Assembly: GCA_033723415.1 (NCBI GenBank)
Contig: JAWVXD010000004.1
Coordinates: forward strand, 199,028 to 263,027
DNA: 64,000 bases
Direction of reading: 5' to 3'
Source: Sulfurospirillaceae bacterium
GTDB lineage: Bacteria; Campylobacterota; Campylobacteria; Campylobacterales; Sulfurospirillaceae
Within the stretch, counting starts at the first letter, position 1. Each line of letters starts with the position of its first letter. Under the pieces are notes generated by a model. The model had not been told where the DNA came from. It saw only the letters and a program-made list of their open reading frames with translations, and searched no databases. A program made the position numbers and the translations under genes. Shown here one piece after another: positions 42,100 to 52,856 of the stretch.

Positions 42100-43626
42100 A
42101 TGAAAAAATTGGTAGCTCCATTACTAATTGGAGCGTTATTTGGGTCTTACGCATTCGCTGCGCAAGATATGGATTTGAAAGCTGAAGTCGAGGCTTTAAA
42201 AGCCCAGATGAAAGAACTTCAAGATGCGCAGAAAAAGTTTAACGTAGAAGCACTGAGAAAACAACTGCTAGAAGTCAAAGCACATGATGCTATGGATAAT
42301 ATAAAATTCAGTGCTGATTTCAGAACTGCTTATGATGCTATCAAATATGGCCGCAATGGTGCACCTGATGCAAAAAATGGAGTTTGGACAAATAGATTAC
42401 TCTTAAATATGGCTGCACAACCTAGAGATGATTTAGTTTTTAGGGGTGCTATAGGTGTATATAAAACTTTTGGTTACAATTCACTTCAGCCTTATAACTC
42501 ATTTCAAAATATGGATTGGTTTGCAAATGAAACACCGAGCGGTGATGCAAATCTAAGACTTCAAGAAGCATATTTCTTATATCTTGGGAACAATAACGGC
42601 AAGGTACCTTATACTATTAGTTTCGGAAGAAGACCTGCTGTCGCTGGATTCTTGACAAATCTTAGAGAAGATAATCAACGTCCTGAATCTCCTATAGGAC
42701 ATAATATAAATATGGAATTTGACGGTGCAAGCTTTATGGTCAATGTAGAAAAATTGACTAATGTATCAGGAATGTACTTCAAACTCTGCTTAGGTAGAGG
42801 TAATTCAAACGCAGACACAAAATATCCAACATTTAACAATTATATGGGTCAATTGTTGTCTTCAGCTTTTGCAACACCTTTAACTCCATATGCTCAAAAT
42901 AGCTTAAATTCTGCAAATATGGATTTAGCCGGTGTTTTAGCACAACTCTATAATGACGGACAATATAAAGTTATGTTCAACTACTTCCAAGGTTGGAATA
43001 TGATGGGTGCAAACTTTAGTTACTATAATGGTGCCGATCCATCCAATGGATATCATGTGCAGTTGGTTGATGTCGGTGATTTGAGCGGTGGTGCTTTATC
43101 TATGCAAGTTGACGGTATCGGTGATGGTATCAGCGACTTTCTAGATAATACAACAGCATTTGCTTCTTTTGCTTGGAGTAAAACAAGTCCAAAAGGAACA
43201 CATGGCGTAGTAACTAACCCAACTACTGGTGCAATTAGTCAAATAACAGAAATGTTAGGTTCAAATAAATCACAAACTGGTTCATCAATCTATGTTGGTA
43301 TCAATATGCCGGGATTTATGGATAATGATAGAATCGGTTTAGAGTATAACCATGGGACTAAGTACTGGAGAAGTTTCACATACGGTGAAGATACTTTGAT
43401 AGGATCAAAACTATCAGCTAGAGGTAGTGCATATGAAGCATACTATAACTTCCCTATTCTCAACAGATTCCTGACTGGTCAAATCAGATATACTTATATC
43501 AAATACGACTATACAGGAAGCGATATGTTCTTTGGATCAACAGGTACTCCAATGGATGTCGATACAACACCGGGTGCTGTTAAAAATTCATCAGACCTTC
43601 GTCTGTCTTTAAGATACAGATACTAA
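42100..43626 (+). CDS. Outer-membrane beta-barrel protein, DUF3373-like
   Basis: Signal peptide, N-terminal coiled coil, beta-rich body (GRRP, EFDG, EYNHG.KYW), C-terminal LRYRY. Confidence 0.72.
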   Translation: MKKLVAPLLIGALFGSYAFAAQDMDLKAEVEALKAQMKELQDAQKKFNVEALRKQLLEVKAHDAMDNIKFSADFRTAYDAIKYGRNGAPDAKNGVWTNRLLLNMAAQPRDDLVFRGAIGVYKTFGYNSLQPYNSFQNMDWFANETPSGDANLRLQEAYFLYLGNNNGKVPYTISFGRRPAVAGFLTNLREDNQRPESPIGHNINMEFDGASFMVNVEKLTNVSGMYFKLCLGRGNSNADTKYPTFNNYMGQLLSSAFATPLTPYAQNSLNSANMDLAGVLAQLYNDGQYKVMFNYFQGWNMMGANFSYYNGADPSNGYHVQLVDVGDLSGGALSMQVDGIGDGISDFLDNTTAFASFAWSKTSPKGTHGVVTNPTTGAISQITEMLGSNKSQTGSSIYVGINMPGFMDNDRIGLEYNHGTKYWRSFTYGEDTLIGSKLSARGSAYEAYYNFPILNRFLTGQIRYTYIKYDYTGSDMFFGSTGTPMDVDTTPGAVKNSSDLRLSLRYRY

Positions 43627-43632
43627 AAAACA

Positions 43633-43662
43633 TTTAGAAGAGACTTTGCGGTCTCTTCTAAA
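43633..43662 (+). terminator. Stem-loop after the DUF3373-like gene
   Basis: TTTAGAAGAGAC-tttgcg-GTCTCTTCTAAA perfect inverted repeat. Confidence 0.75.
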
Positions 43663-43718
43663 ACTCTTTGAAATTTATTGTATAATATCCCTATCAAAAA
43701 TGATGGGGATTTCTCTCA

Positions 43719-44849
43719 ATGCTTGAAAATCTAAATTTTTTATCAAAATTAAAAACAATCTTCATATCTATTGTCTTTATGTCTACCGTATTGTCTGCGC
43801 AAAATCTTATAAAAGCACAAAATGTACTAGGTGATGTTTTTGGGATAACCTATGCTTCTAAGGCTTGGATCAGCACGAACTATACAAAGATACAAACATA
43901 TCCTCTGCCTCCTGTTTTATCAGAGGAGGACAATGCAACAAATGAGATTCCGACAAAAAAGAATATTTTGGTAAAAGCTTTATATGATGGTAAGAACATA
44001 GCATTTCTACTCAAATGGAAAAGCAACACTCCTATAGACAACAATGAATCAAATACTTCCAGCGAAAGTTTATCTGTGCAATTTTCTACAGGTGAGAATA
44101 ATCTCTCTTATGTAGATATGGGAGATAAAAACTCTTCTGTTCTGATATATAATCTTAAAACAATAAAACATATGAGTGAGACTTTGGATGATTCAAATAT
44201 AACAGTAAAAAGTGTTGAAACTCAAAAAGTCAAAAAAGTATTTGCTGCCTTTGGTCAAAACAATATAAAAAAGATCTTACCAGGCAGTGATGACTATACT
44301 TTCGATATGTCTCTTGTCAACGGCTACTGGTTGGCAACTTTTACAAGAACGCTCAATGATAATCTTAAGAACCTCAACGGTGGTGTTTTTGCAATCTCAT
44401 TTTCAATTCGACATGACTTATCTGCTCAAACAAATAGATCAAGAAATCTATCTCCTTGGATCGCTGTGCAACTATCAGGAGAACATGGCAATAAAACATT
44501 GCAAGACAGACTGACACAACAAGTAACAGGTGATATAGCAAATGGAGAGAGTATTGCATACAAAAACTGCTCTATTTGTCATAGATACAAAAATGTCAAA
44601 AGAGCACCTCAAAATATGGCTCCAAATTTGACTTATGCAGGCGGTTTATTTGATAGCACCTATCTAGTAAATTCAATCATACATCCAAGCTCCGTTATAG
44701 CACAGAATTACTATGATTCAAATACTACTAATTTTCTTTGGCAAAGCAGTGATGATAATGGGAAAAGCATCTCTACGATGCCTTCCTTTGAATGGTTGAG
44801 CCAAAAAGACATGAATGATCTAATTGCCTTTTTGCAAACCTTAAAATAG
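43719..44849 (+). CDS. Periplasmic c-type cytochrome with N-terminal ethylbenzene dehydrogenase-gamma (DOMON-like) domain
   Basis: VKALYDGKNIAFLLKW and YVDMGD; CSICH heme motif, APNL, distal STMP, DLIAFLQTLK. Confidence 0.78.
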   Translation: MLENLNFLSKLKTIFISIVFMSTVLSAQNLIKAQNVLGDVFGITYASKAWISTNYTKIQTYPLPPVLSEEDNATNEIPTKKNILVKALYDGKNIAFLLKWKSNTPIDNNESNTSSESLSVQFSTGENNLSYVDMGDKNSSVLIYNLKTIKHMSETLDDSNITVKSVETQKVKKVFAAFGQNNIKKILPGSDDYTFDMSLVNGYWLATFTRTLNDNLKNLNGGVFAISFSIRHDLSAQTNRSRNLSPWIAVQLSGEHGNKTLQDRLTQQVTGDIANGESIAYKNCSICHRYKNVKRAPQNMAPNLTYAGGLFDSTYLVNSIIHPSSVIAQNYYDSNTTNFLWQSSDDNGKSISTMPSFEWLSQKDMNDLIAFLQTLK

Positions 44850-44864
44850 AAGAGATACCCAAGT

Positions 44865-46097
44865 CTATTTTTCGTCTTTTTTCATACTCTCTTTTGCATT
44901 CTTGACTGCACTATCGAGCATTGTTTTTGCAACTTCCCAAGCTCTAAGTCCTAACTTTTTTGCTTCTAGAGTTGCTTTTTTTGTTGTTTCGTTTTTCTTA
45001 AATGATTCAAATTTTTCACTAGCCATCTCTTCAAACGAATTTACATCTTTCTTCAATGATTCAAACTTTTCACTAGCTAACTCTTTTAACTCTTCTATAG
45101 AGACTTCTTCTTTTAGTTCTTCTATTCGATTTGCTATGGCTTCACTTGCTTCATGTGTAGCTCTTTTTAAGCGCTCCACTGTACTATTGTATTTTTCTAC
45201 CTTCTCATAAAGAATTTTTTGGGTTTGTTCATCATACTGAACAGATAGATTTTTAAGTAACCGGATATATTCGTCTTCGACTTCTAAAAGCTCTTTTTTT
45301 GTCTCTGCCAAGCTTTTACCTAAGATATCTTCCACTTCGTCTGGAGCAAATTTTATATCATTTTTAAACTTATCTATAGACTTTGCAATTCCCTCTTTTA
45401 CTCCATCAACCGCACCGTAGATCAACTCTTTTGAATGATTGATATTTTCTTGCGCTATCTCTAACGTCACATCGATTATAGTATTGGCTATGTCCAAAAA
45501 TCTTCTTTTGTCAAAATCACCGTCACTGATACCTTGAAAAGCTAAATTTTTGCTTATTTCAAAAGTAGTCTCTTGTATGTAACTCCCCTTCTCTAAAGTA
45601 GTCAATAGTGCTTCTTCGGTCGTTTCTCTTAAGATTCCAAGCATCTCTAATGCATTGAGTTTTGTATCATGTAAAGCTCTGAATGCAACTTCTTTGGTAT
45701 CTTCAGGCAATGATTCTATATGTTTTTCAAGCACTTGATAAGTACCGGTGATCTCTTCTTTTATGATACTCTTTTGTTGATTAATAGATTTTTCCAACTG
45801 CTCTTTTTCATAAATAGTTTTATATAAAAACTCTTCTTTATCATGACTTGCCGCTCGTAACAATCCACATATAACGGCTGCAATGTTTTTGGCACTTTTG
45901 GCATGCTCTTGCTCCAAAGTTATGCAGTATAGATCGAAAAGTTCACCGACCCTGTCTCTGATTTTTTTATCATCTTTTAATCTCTGTATCTTCTGCTTAG
46001 TCAAATCAAAGCTGACATCTTGTAGAATTTTTAAAAATTGATGATTGTCTGCATTTTCTTTGATGGTATTTGCAAAAATTGTCTGTATTGATTCCAC
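44865..46097 (-). CDS. Helical coiled-coil hypothetical protein
   Basis: 410 aa E/K-rich ORF with SD GGAGG and GTG start; 18-aa internal repeat near the C-terminus. Confidence 0.7.
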   Translation of the reverse strand: MESIQTIFANTIKENADNHQFLKILQDVSFDLTKQKIQRLKDDKKIRDRVGELFDLYCITLEQEHAKSAKNIAAVICGLLRAASHDKEEFLYKTIYEKEQLEKSINQQKSIIKEEITGTYQVLEKHIESLPEDTKEVAFRALHDTKLNALEMLGILRETTEEALLTTLEKGSYIQETTFEISKNLAFQGISDGDFDKRRFLDIANTIIDVTLEIAQENINHSKELIYGAVDGVKEGIAKSIDKFKNDIKFAPDEVEDILGKSLAETKKELLEVEDEYIRLLKNLSVQYDEQTQKILYEKVEKYNSTVERLKRATHEASEAIANRIEELKEEVSIEELKELASEKFESLKKDVNSFEEMASEKFESFKKNETTKKATLEAKKLGLRAWEVAKTMLDSAVKNAKESMKKDEK

Positions 46098-46108
46098 GTT
46101 TTGCCTCC

Positions 46109-46366
46109 CTAAAGTACAAATTTTATTTTTAGATGCTCTTTTAAAGCTTGAAAAATCGCTTTTCGATCTTCATCGCTGTGTACGGTAACTTTTAGCGTGT
46201 GACTTATATACTTGCCTTTTTTACTATCTTGGGATTTCTTTATGCTGTGCTCTCTATCCTCAAGAACTTCTTTTCCCACAAGTTTTGCGTCATGTTCTTT
46301 TTCAAGAATTATTTTATATTCCCAAACAAGAGGATAATCTAACTTAAGCTCTTTTGAATTCTCCAC
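46109..46366 (-). CDS. DUF493 / HP0495-family protein
   Basis: [26 protein letters not shown] start at 46366 overlaps the moaC end. Confidence 0.8.
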   Translation of the reverse strand: MENSKELKLDYPLVWEYKIILEKEHDAKLVGKEVLEDREHSIKKSQDSKKGKYISHTLKVTVHSDEDRKAIFQALKEHLKIKFVL

Positions 46367-46817
46367 TCTTTCCTCCGCTTTTTTCTTCAAGCAATATATC
46401 ACTTATGATCATAGATTTGTCGATTGCCTTTGCCATGTCATATATAGTCAAAAGCCCTACGCTTACGCCTGTCAATGCTTCCATCTCAACTCCGGTCTGA
46501 CCCTTTAGCTTTGCTGTAACTCTAAGCCTAAACCCGGGTAATTCATCAAGCTCGTCTACCTCACAGTTTACTGATGTCAACATCAAAGGATGACACATAG
46601 GTATCAAAGAACTTGTTTGCTTCGCTCCTAAGATAGCAGCTATGATCGCAGTTTGAAGTACAGGTCCTTTTTTGGTTTTTTGCGTGATTATCATATCGTA
46701 TGCTTCTTGACTCATTTTTATGATACCGCTAGCTACCGCTATCCTCGTAGTGTCGTCTTTGTCTGATACATCTACCATTTTCGGTCTGTCTTTTTCATCC
46801 AAGTGTGTTAATTTCAT
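46344..46817 (-). CDS. moaC: Cyclic pyranopterin monophosphate synthase
   Basis: [32 protein letters not shown] and KSGGKSG motifs. Confidence 0.97.
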   Translation of the reverse strand: MKLTHLDEKDRPKMVDVSDKDDTTRIAVASGIIKMSQEAYDMIITQKTKKGPVLQTAIIAAILGAKQTSSLIPMCHPLMLTSVNCEVDELDELPGFRLRVTAKLKGQTGVEMEALTGVSVGLLTIYDMAKAIDKSMIISDILLEEKSGGKSGEFKRA

Positions 46818-46889
46818 ATAAGATTCTTCCTCATGACTATCTAAAAACATTATATCTTGTTTTGGCTTATCGTAAGCAACAAGATACTA

Positions 46890-47495
46890 TTAATATCCCA
46901 ACTCTTCATCTACTAGTATGATATTGGTTCTACCTGGTTCATCGCCGTTTATATATGCAAATTTATTGGCTATATTGTTCAGGTTATATCTTGGTTCTTT
47001 TCCCATCTCCAGTGCTTTTGAATTCATTCTGTCTATATTTTTCTTGGCAGCTACATTTTTAATCCTCTCAAATCCTTCTTCTACTGTTGAGACGATCTTA
47101 TTTACACCTGCTACGATCAAAACTTTTTTTGGACCAAATATCTGTGCAGCGACTCTGTTTCCACTGCCGTCTGCATTGATTAATTCACCTGTCTTGGCGA
47201 TAGCATTGCAACCTGTTACATAAAGATCGCTCAGCATGCCTTCTCTTCTTCTTTTAATATTTTCTTCCATGCTGATACCGCTTTCATATTGGTTAAATAC
47301 CGTGATATCTTTTTGATTTACCAAAAAATCCAGCAACCCTATTTGTGCAACGGTAGTTGAACCTCCAAGTCCTACGGATTTCACCCCGTCTAAAAATGTT
47401 TTCGCCAAATTCAGGGCTTCTTCTTTGTTTTTTACAAAATACACAACAAAACCATTACTTTCTAAATTTTCTTTCAATTTGTCTATGTTTTCCAT
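46890..47495 (-). CDS. LUD-domain (lactate utilization-like) protein
   Basis: GLGGSTT, NA...GELIN.DG.GNRVAA..FGP, G.NKIV and EELGY motifs. Confidence 0.8.
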   Translation of the reverse strand: MENIDKLKENLESNGFVVYFVKNKEEALNLAKTFLDGVKSVGLGGSTTVAQIGLLDFLVNQKDITVFNQYESGISMEENIKRRREGMLSDLYVTGCNAIAKTGELINADGSGNRVAAQIFGPKKVLIVAGVNKIVSTVEEGFERIKNVAAKKNIDRMNSKALEMGKEPRYNLNNIANKFAYINGDEPGRTNIILVDEELGY

Positions 47496-47572
47496 ACTTT
47501 GTTATCCTTTTTTTCGATATTCTATCAAATATTTTATAAAACATTTGTTATTATTTCGCAAAAGGATTTTAT

Positions 47573-48691
47573 ATGAGATGTTCTAAATTGAGTTCATTTA
47601 TCGTGATGGATATAGTAAGAGATGCATTGAAGTATGACGATGCTATTCATTTTGAAGTCGGGCAACCGGATATTCCTCCTTCCCCCAAAGTCAAAGAGGC
47701 GCTTCATGATGCAATCGACAAAGATAGATTTTCATACACTGAGAGTTTGGGACTGTATGAACTCAGAGAAAAGATAGCAGATCACTATAAAAGAACTTAC
47801 AAAGTAGAGGTAGATCCTAGACAGATATTTTTAACTCCGGGAACAAGCGGAGCATTTTTGATAGCATATTCTTTGAGTTTAAAAACGCACTCAAAACTTG
47901 GTTTCTCCGACCCCTCATATCCTTGCTATAAGAATTTTGCTCATGTCTTAGATATAGAACCTGTATTTATGCCTATCGGCAAAAAAGATGATTTTCAACT
48001 TCATGTCGAGGATTTGAAAAAACACGAACTCGATGCACTTCAGATCTCTTCTCCTGGAAATCCGACAGGAAATCTATATAAAGGTGAAAATTTAAGAGAG
48101 ATTATAGATTATTGTGAAGAGAAAAATATATCTTTTATCTCTGATGAACTCTATCACGGGCTTACATACGAAGAAGATGCACACAGCGCTTTGGAATTCA
48201 GCGAGAATGTCTATGTCATCAATGGATTTTCAAAGTTTTATTGTGTTCCGGGCAATCGTCTTGGCTGGATCATCGTTCCAAAGCACAAACTAGAAGCCGC
48301 TGAGAAACTGTGCCAAAATCTATTTATATCGGCTCCAACACTGAGTCAATACGGAGCATTGGCAGCATTTGACGATGAATATCAAAAGGAAGTTAAAAAA
48401 GAATTTAAGAGAAGAAGAGACTATCTTTTTGGTGAATTGTCACAAATTTTTGAGATAGATGCAAGTCCTGAAGGAGCGTTTTATCTCTGGGCAAACGTCT
48501 CAAAATACAGTGATGACAGCTTTGAGTTTGCAAATAAACTGCTTCATGATATACATATAGCCTCCACGCCCGGTATAGACTTTGGAACAAACGGAACCAA
48601 TAAATACATAAGATTTGCATACACAAGAAGTATTGAACATATGAGTGAAGGAGTGATGAGGCTAAAAAAATACCTAAACATCAAGGCATAA
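47573..48691 (+). CDS. PLP-dependent class I/II aminotransferase
   Basis: EVGQPD, SPGNPTG, SDELY, NGFSK...G.RLGW and GAFY motifs. Confidence 0.92.
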   Translation: MRCSKLSSFIVMDIVRDALKYDDAIHFEVGQPDIPPSPKVKEALHDAIDKDRFSYTESLGLYELREKIADHYKRTYKVEVDPRQIFLTPGTSGAFLIAYSLSLKTHSKLGFSDPSYPCYKNFAHVLDIEPVFMPIGKKDDFQLHVEDLKKHELDALQISSPGNPTGNLYKGENLREIIDYCEEKNISFISDELYHGLTYEEDAHSALEFSENVYVINGFSKFYCVPGNRLGWIIVPKHKLEAAEKLCQNLFISAPTLSQYGALAAFDDEYQKEVKKEFKRRRDYLFGELSQIFEIDASPEGAFYLWANVSKYSDDSFEFANKLLHDIHIASTPGIDFGTNGTNKYIRFAYTRSIEHMSEGVMRLKKYLNIKA

Positions 48692-49604
48692 ACAAAGCTA
48701 TCATGACGGGGATCGTAACTATTGAGATAACCGTACTTAAGATAACGGCCAAAGATGCTTTTTCAGGATGAACATTTAGTAAAGCTGCAACGGCAACCGT
48801 ATTTCCTGCCATAGGTGGAATTGAGAAAATAAACATGACCTTATAAAGATCGTTGTTTAAAAAGTGAAAAAATGAAGAATCGAGCCAGATGATAAGAAGT
48901 ACCGCAAAAGGATAGACAAGAAATTTCATAAAAAATGCAAATCCCATAAATAGTTTATCTATACCGACATTTGCCAGCCCTTTTAATCCCATACCTATCA
49001 TCATCATACCAAGAATCGCATATGCTCCTTTAAAATATTCCAAATAAGAGGTCAAATCCGCGCTCAGACTAATATGTGATACATTAAAGACAAGCCCCAA
49101 TATCAAAGCGTATATAGAGGGTAGCTTACCTACCTTCACTAAACTTTGTTTGATAGTATAATGTCCTTTTGCGACCACAAAAAATCCGACTGTACTTTCA
49201 TAAAGCAATGAAGCCAAAACGGTAAAAATATATATATTGGCAAGATTTTCATCTAATATCATGATAGCAAGAGGAATACCAAAATAGCCGGTATTTCCGG
49301 TACCTGCTGAGAATGCCAAGATATTTCTCGTATTGTCTTTAAAGAAAAATTTGCCGATTTTTAAAGAGCTGAGAGCAAGAGCGCTGCTTAATATATATAA
49401 AAGTATCGGCAAAGAAATAACACCTAAATTTAGCTTGACCTTATATGAAGCCAGAAAGATAACAACCGGTCCTATTATATAGATCAACAAAGAAGCCATA
49501 TTTTCTCTTCTTACACCAAAAAATTGCACCACGATATAGCCTAAGACTATCGTTATATAAAGAGGTAATATCTTGAATCCTAAAGACGCAGCTATCTCAA
49601 ACAC
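48681..49604 (-). CDS. AEC (auxin efflux carrier / malate permease) family transporter
   Basis: About 10 TM helices; GNTGYFGIP motif. Confidence 0.85.
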   Translation of the reverse strand: MFEIAASLGFKILPLYITIVLGYIVVQFFGVRRENMASLLIYIIGPVVIFLASYKVKLNLGVISLPILLYILSSALALSSLKIGKFFFKDNTRNILAFSAGTGNTGYFGIPLAIMILDENLANIYIFTVLASLLYESTVGFFVVAKGHYTIKQSLVKVGKLPSIYALILGLVFNVSHISLSADLTSYLEYFKGAYAILGMMMIGMGLKGLANVGIDKLFMGFAFFMKFLVYPFAVLLIIWLDSSFFHFLNNDLYKVMFIFSIPPMAGNTVAVAALLNVHPEKASLAVILSTVISIVTIPVMIALFMP

Positions 49605-49620
49605 TGTTTTCCTTGTTTTT

Positions 49621-50646
49621 TTATCTTGTTATCGCAAAACCGATTCCGATACGGTTGTTTCTCTTGTTATAATCGATCAAACTTTCGCCATAACCGCTAA
49701 AAATTTGGATATAACCAAACATATCTTTGACAGCTTTGAGCGGAAAAGTCCAGTCAAACTGAACGGCCCCATGGTTATTCCCGTGAAACCTAAGATTATT
49801 TCTCAACAATAAAGTGAAAAAGTTCTGTTTATAAGGATAAGCGATCGTCAGATCTCCATATCCTAGATAATTGTAAATGTCTGGATTATCATCTCCGTTC
49901 GTGTCATATATATCGGTTTTCTTTTTCTCCGGGATCCTATACCAGGCTCTAGGGATGATAAAAGCCCCGTCCATTTGGAATATACCGCTCAAATAGACTC
50001 TGTTCCATGACCTAGACAATAAACCTCCCTGTCCGTTAGATTGGTGTAACAAGCCTATCTTGTAAGCTTTCAATACACTTTGCTCATCTGCATTTGGGAT
50101 CATCATAAAGAATTCAGGTGCATAATTAGTCTCTCTAAAAGGAGCGGACTTTGCACTTGTCTGCCACCAAGATGTTTGAGTATAACCTAAAAAAAGTTCG
50201 TCATGTAAGCCAAGCAAATTCTTTGCGAGAACCTTTTTGAAACTGATCTGAAATTTCGTTTCAAAATCTCTTCTTCCTTGATGACTTACAAAGTCATGCG
50301 TAAAAGGCAAAAGATAGTTCATCTTATATGCTTTGACATCAAACGTAGATAGAATGATCTGTTTCACGGTATTGTTCGTATATCCGTTTGTATACCCTGA
50401 TATACTATTGTGTCCGAATTGTAGTATAGGTTTATCAGTTTTTGAGACTTTGCTTGCATTTATATCTTTAATCTCTTGTTTTTTGATACTTAAAGACAAA
50501 GTAGCAGCTTCTTTATATAAAGACATGGCTTTTGCGATATCACCGTTTTTTTCATACTCTTGAGCCTTTTTATAGGCATCAGTGGCTACATCACTAACAC
50601 CATAAACACTTAACAACAGTAAAATAACAATTGTGTTTTTTATCAT
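49621..50646 (-). CDS. pldA: Outer-membrane phospholipase A
   Basis: KFQISFK, PFRETNY, HQSNG...SRSWNR and GYGESLIDYN motifs. Confidence 0.93.
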   Translation of the reverse strand: MIKNTIVILLLLSVYGVSDVATDAYKKAQEYEKNGDIAKAMSLYKEAATLSLSIKKQEIKDINASKVSKTDKPILQFGHNSISGYTNGYTNNTVKQIILSTFDVKAYKMNYLLPFTHDFVSHQGRRDFETKFQISFKKVLAKNLLGLHDELFLGYTQTSWWQTSAKSAPFRETNYAPEFFMMIPNADEQSVLKAYKIGLLHQSNGQGGLLSRSWNRVYLSGIFQMDGAFIIPRAWYRIPEKKKTDIYDTNGDDNPDIYNYLGYGDLTIAYPYKQNFFTLLLRNNLRFHGNNHGAVQFDWTFPLKAVKDMFGYIQIFSGYGESLIDYNKRNNRIGIGFAITR

Positions 50647-50930
50647 TTTTCGTAATCTACCACTTTAGACTCAAAAACAAAAGTTTTTATATATTTTATT
50701 ACTTCAAGATGCAAAGGATGCGAAGCATACGTATTTAAATCTTCTTTACTGTCAAAATCTGCGATTAGCGCCACGTCATATGCTCTCTCTTCCTGACTGA
50801 AATTAAGACCGACTTCTATATGAGCCAAGATATCTATCTTCCCATCCATCGACATTATCTTGTCTGCTACAAGTTTTTTATTTGCCTGAGTATTCTCTTT
50901 TAACTTTAAAAATACTATATGTCTTATCAT
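50643..50930 (-). CDS. Dabb-family stress-responsive A/B barrel protein
   Basis: MIRHIVFLK, Y..HP.H and VVDYE motifs. Confidence 0.88.
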   Translation of the reverse strand: MIRHIVFLKLKENTQANKKLVADKIMSMDGKIDILAHIEVGLNFSQEERAYDVALIADFDSKEDLNTYASHPLHLEVIKYIKTFVFESKVVDYEK

Positions 50931-50931
50931 A

Positions 50932-51513
50932 TCATTTCCTTTTCAGTATATGCTGTGCTTGAGCATATTCGTCTTTATGATTTAGGTTCAAGAAAGTCAT
51001 CTCATCACTGAAATCTACATATTTTATATTTGAGTCAATAAATAAGTCTTGGATCTTATGTTGGTTTTTTCGCAAATTTTCTTTCATCTTATCCAGCAAT
51101 GTCCGAGAATAAATAGCACACAATTGGTGAGTCTTCTGATTTACCCTTGCGACTACGGCATCAGTCTCATAATCTAACATCTTGTACATTTCTAAAAAGA
51201 TCTCTCTTGTAACAAAAGGCGTATCCACGCTTAAAACACAAACTGGAGTATGTAATTTTTTCAAAACACTATAAAGAGCGACCAATGGAGAATACTCCTT
51301 GAATTCAGGAATATCCTCTATAAACAAAGCATCAAAATCAAATTTTTCTTTACTTTTACAACTGATATATATAGTCTGAAACCAACCAGAGATCCTGTTC
51401 ATCTGGTATTCAGTAAGAGTCTCATACCCATCAAAAGGAAGCAATGATTTATCACTGCCCATTCTTGAACTTTTTCCGCCTGCCATGATGATACACGGCA
51501 AAGGTATTATCAT
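50932..51513 (-). CDS. mobA: Molybdenum cofactor guanylyltransferase
   Basis: MAGGKSSRMGSDK, VDTPF and FLNLN motifs. Confidence 0.9.
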   Translation of the reverse strand: MIIPLPCIIMAGGKSSRMGSDKSLLPFDGYETLTEYQMNRISGWFQTIYISCKSKEKFDFDALFIEDIPEFKEYSPLVALYSVLKKLHTPVCVLSVDTPFVTREIFLEMYKMLDYETDAVVARVNQKTHQLCAIYSRTLLDKMKENLRKNQHKIQDLFIDSNIKYVDFSDEMTFLNLNHKDEYAQAQHILKRK

Positions 51514-52775
51514 AAATTTCTTGGATCAGTGATTTTACCGGCAACTGCACTTGCTGCTGCTACGGCTGAGTTTGCAAGATAAATTTTGCTGCTTCTGTCC
51601 CCCATTCTTCCGATAAAATTCCTATTAGTTGTGGAGATACAAACTTCATCTTTGCCTAAAATCCCCATATATCCTCCAAGACAAGCCCCGCAAGTCGGGT
51701 TTGAGAATACGGCACCTGCTTCGATAAATATATCAACAAGTCCTTCTTTTTGGGCCTGCATAGAGATTTTTTGAGTAGCAGGAGTGATGATAAGTCTTGT
51801 TTTTCTTGATACTTTTTTATCTTTTAAGATTTTTGCTGCGATCCTTAAATCTTCCAATCTTCCGTTGGTACAACTTCCTATGAAAACTTGATCTACGGCA
51901 ATATCATCGCTTACCGCTTGGCTTAGAGGTTTGCCGTTTGATGGAAGATGAGGATATGCAATAACAGGCTCTAGCTTTGTAACATCAATATGTATGGTCT
52001 GAACATAGGTTGCATCATCATCAGAGTAAAATTCTTTTGGCTCTCTTGCTAGATTTTTGTCGCTCAAAAATTCTCTTGTAATATCATCAACTGCGATTAT
52101 TCCGTTTTTTGCACCGGCTTCTATGGCCATATTACAAAGTGAAAATCTATCGTCCATACCAAGATGTTTTAGCGTGTCCCCTGTAAATTCCAAGGTTTTA
52201 TATAATGCGCCGTCGACTCCGATTTGACGAATAACTTCTAAAATCAAATCTTTTCCATAAATAAGCTCTGCCGGTTTTCCGCTAAATACTACTTTTATAG
52301 CTTCCGGAACTTTAAACCAATTTCCTCCGGTTATCAAACCAAATGAGATATCGGTTGAGCCCATACCTGTGGAGAATGCGCCAAGTGCGCCGTGAGTACA
52401 AGTGTGAGAATCCGCTCCTATGATAACATCACCCGGAACGATCAATCCTTTCTCAGGCAAAAGCGCATGCTCAATACCCATATCTTTTTCATCAAAGAAA
52501 TATTTCAAATTGTGTTTATATGCGAAATCCCGGCTGATCTTGGCTTGATTTGCACTTGCTATATCTTTTGCAGGGATAAAGTGATCCATTACGATACTAA
52601 AACCATCAGGATTTGCCAGCTCTTCAACGCCGCTCTCTTCAAATGCTCGTATAGATATAGGTGTTGTTATGTCATTGCCTATGATCATATCAATGTTCGA
52701 TCTTATAATCTCTCCGGCTTTGACAGGACGTCCGACATGTTCGCTAAATATTTTTTCCGTAATAGTTTGACCCAT
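51510..52775 (-). CDS. leuC: 3-isopropylmalate dehydratase large subunit (short, homoaconitase-like type)
   Basis: DH, GIEH, ADSHTCT.GA, IGSCTNGR, CGACLG and STTNRNF.GRMG motifs. Confidence 0.88.
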   Translation of the reverse strand: MGQTITEKIFSEHVGRPVKAGEIIRSNIDMIIGNDITTPISIRAFEESGVEELANPDGFSIVMDHFIPAKDIASANQAKISRDFAYKHNLKYFFDEKDMGIEHALLPEKGLIVPGDVIIGADSHTCTHGALGAFSTGMGSTDISFGLITGGNWFKVPEAIKVVFSGKPAELIYGKDLILEVIRQIGVDGALYKTLEFTGDTLKHLGMDDRFSLCNMAIEAGAKNGIIAVDDITREFLSDKNLAREPKEFYSDDDATYVQTIHIDVTKLEPVIAYPHLPSNGKPLSQAVSDDIAVDQVFIGSCTNGRLEDLRIAAKILKDKKVSRKTRLIITPATQKISMQAQKEGLVDIFIEAGAVFSNPTCGACLGGYMGILGKDEVCISTTNRNFIGRMGDRSSKIYLANSAVAAASAVAGKITDPRNL

Positions 52776-52856
52776 TATTTTCCCTTTGTATTAACTGACT
52801 TGCCTTTGCGCTAAGTCTATTGTATTGATTTTATCAAAAAAATCTTTAAAATATCA

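Noticed and set aside
51510..52775. leuC without an adjacent leuD
   Set aside because: Split leu genes are not unusual; no sign of disruption
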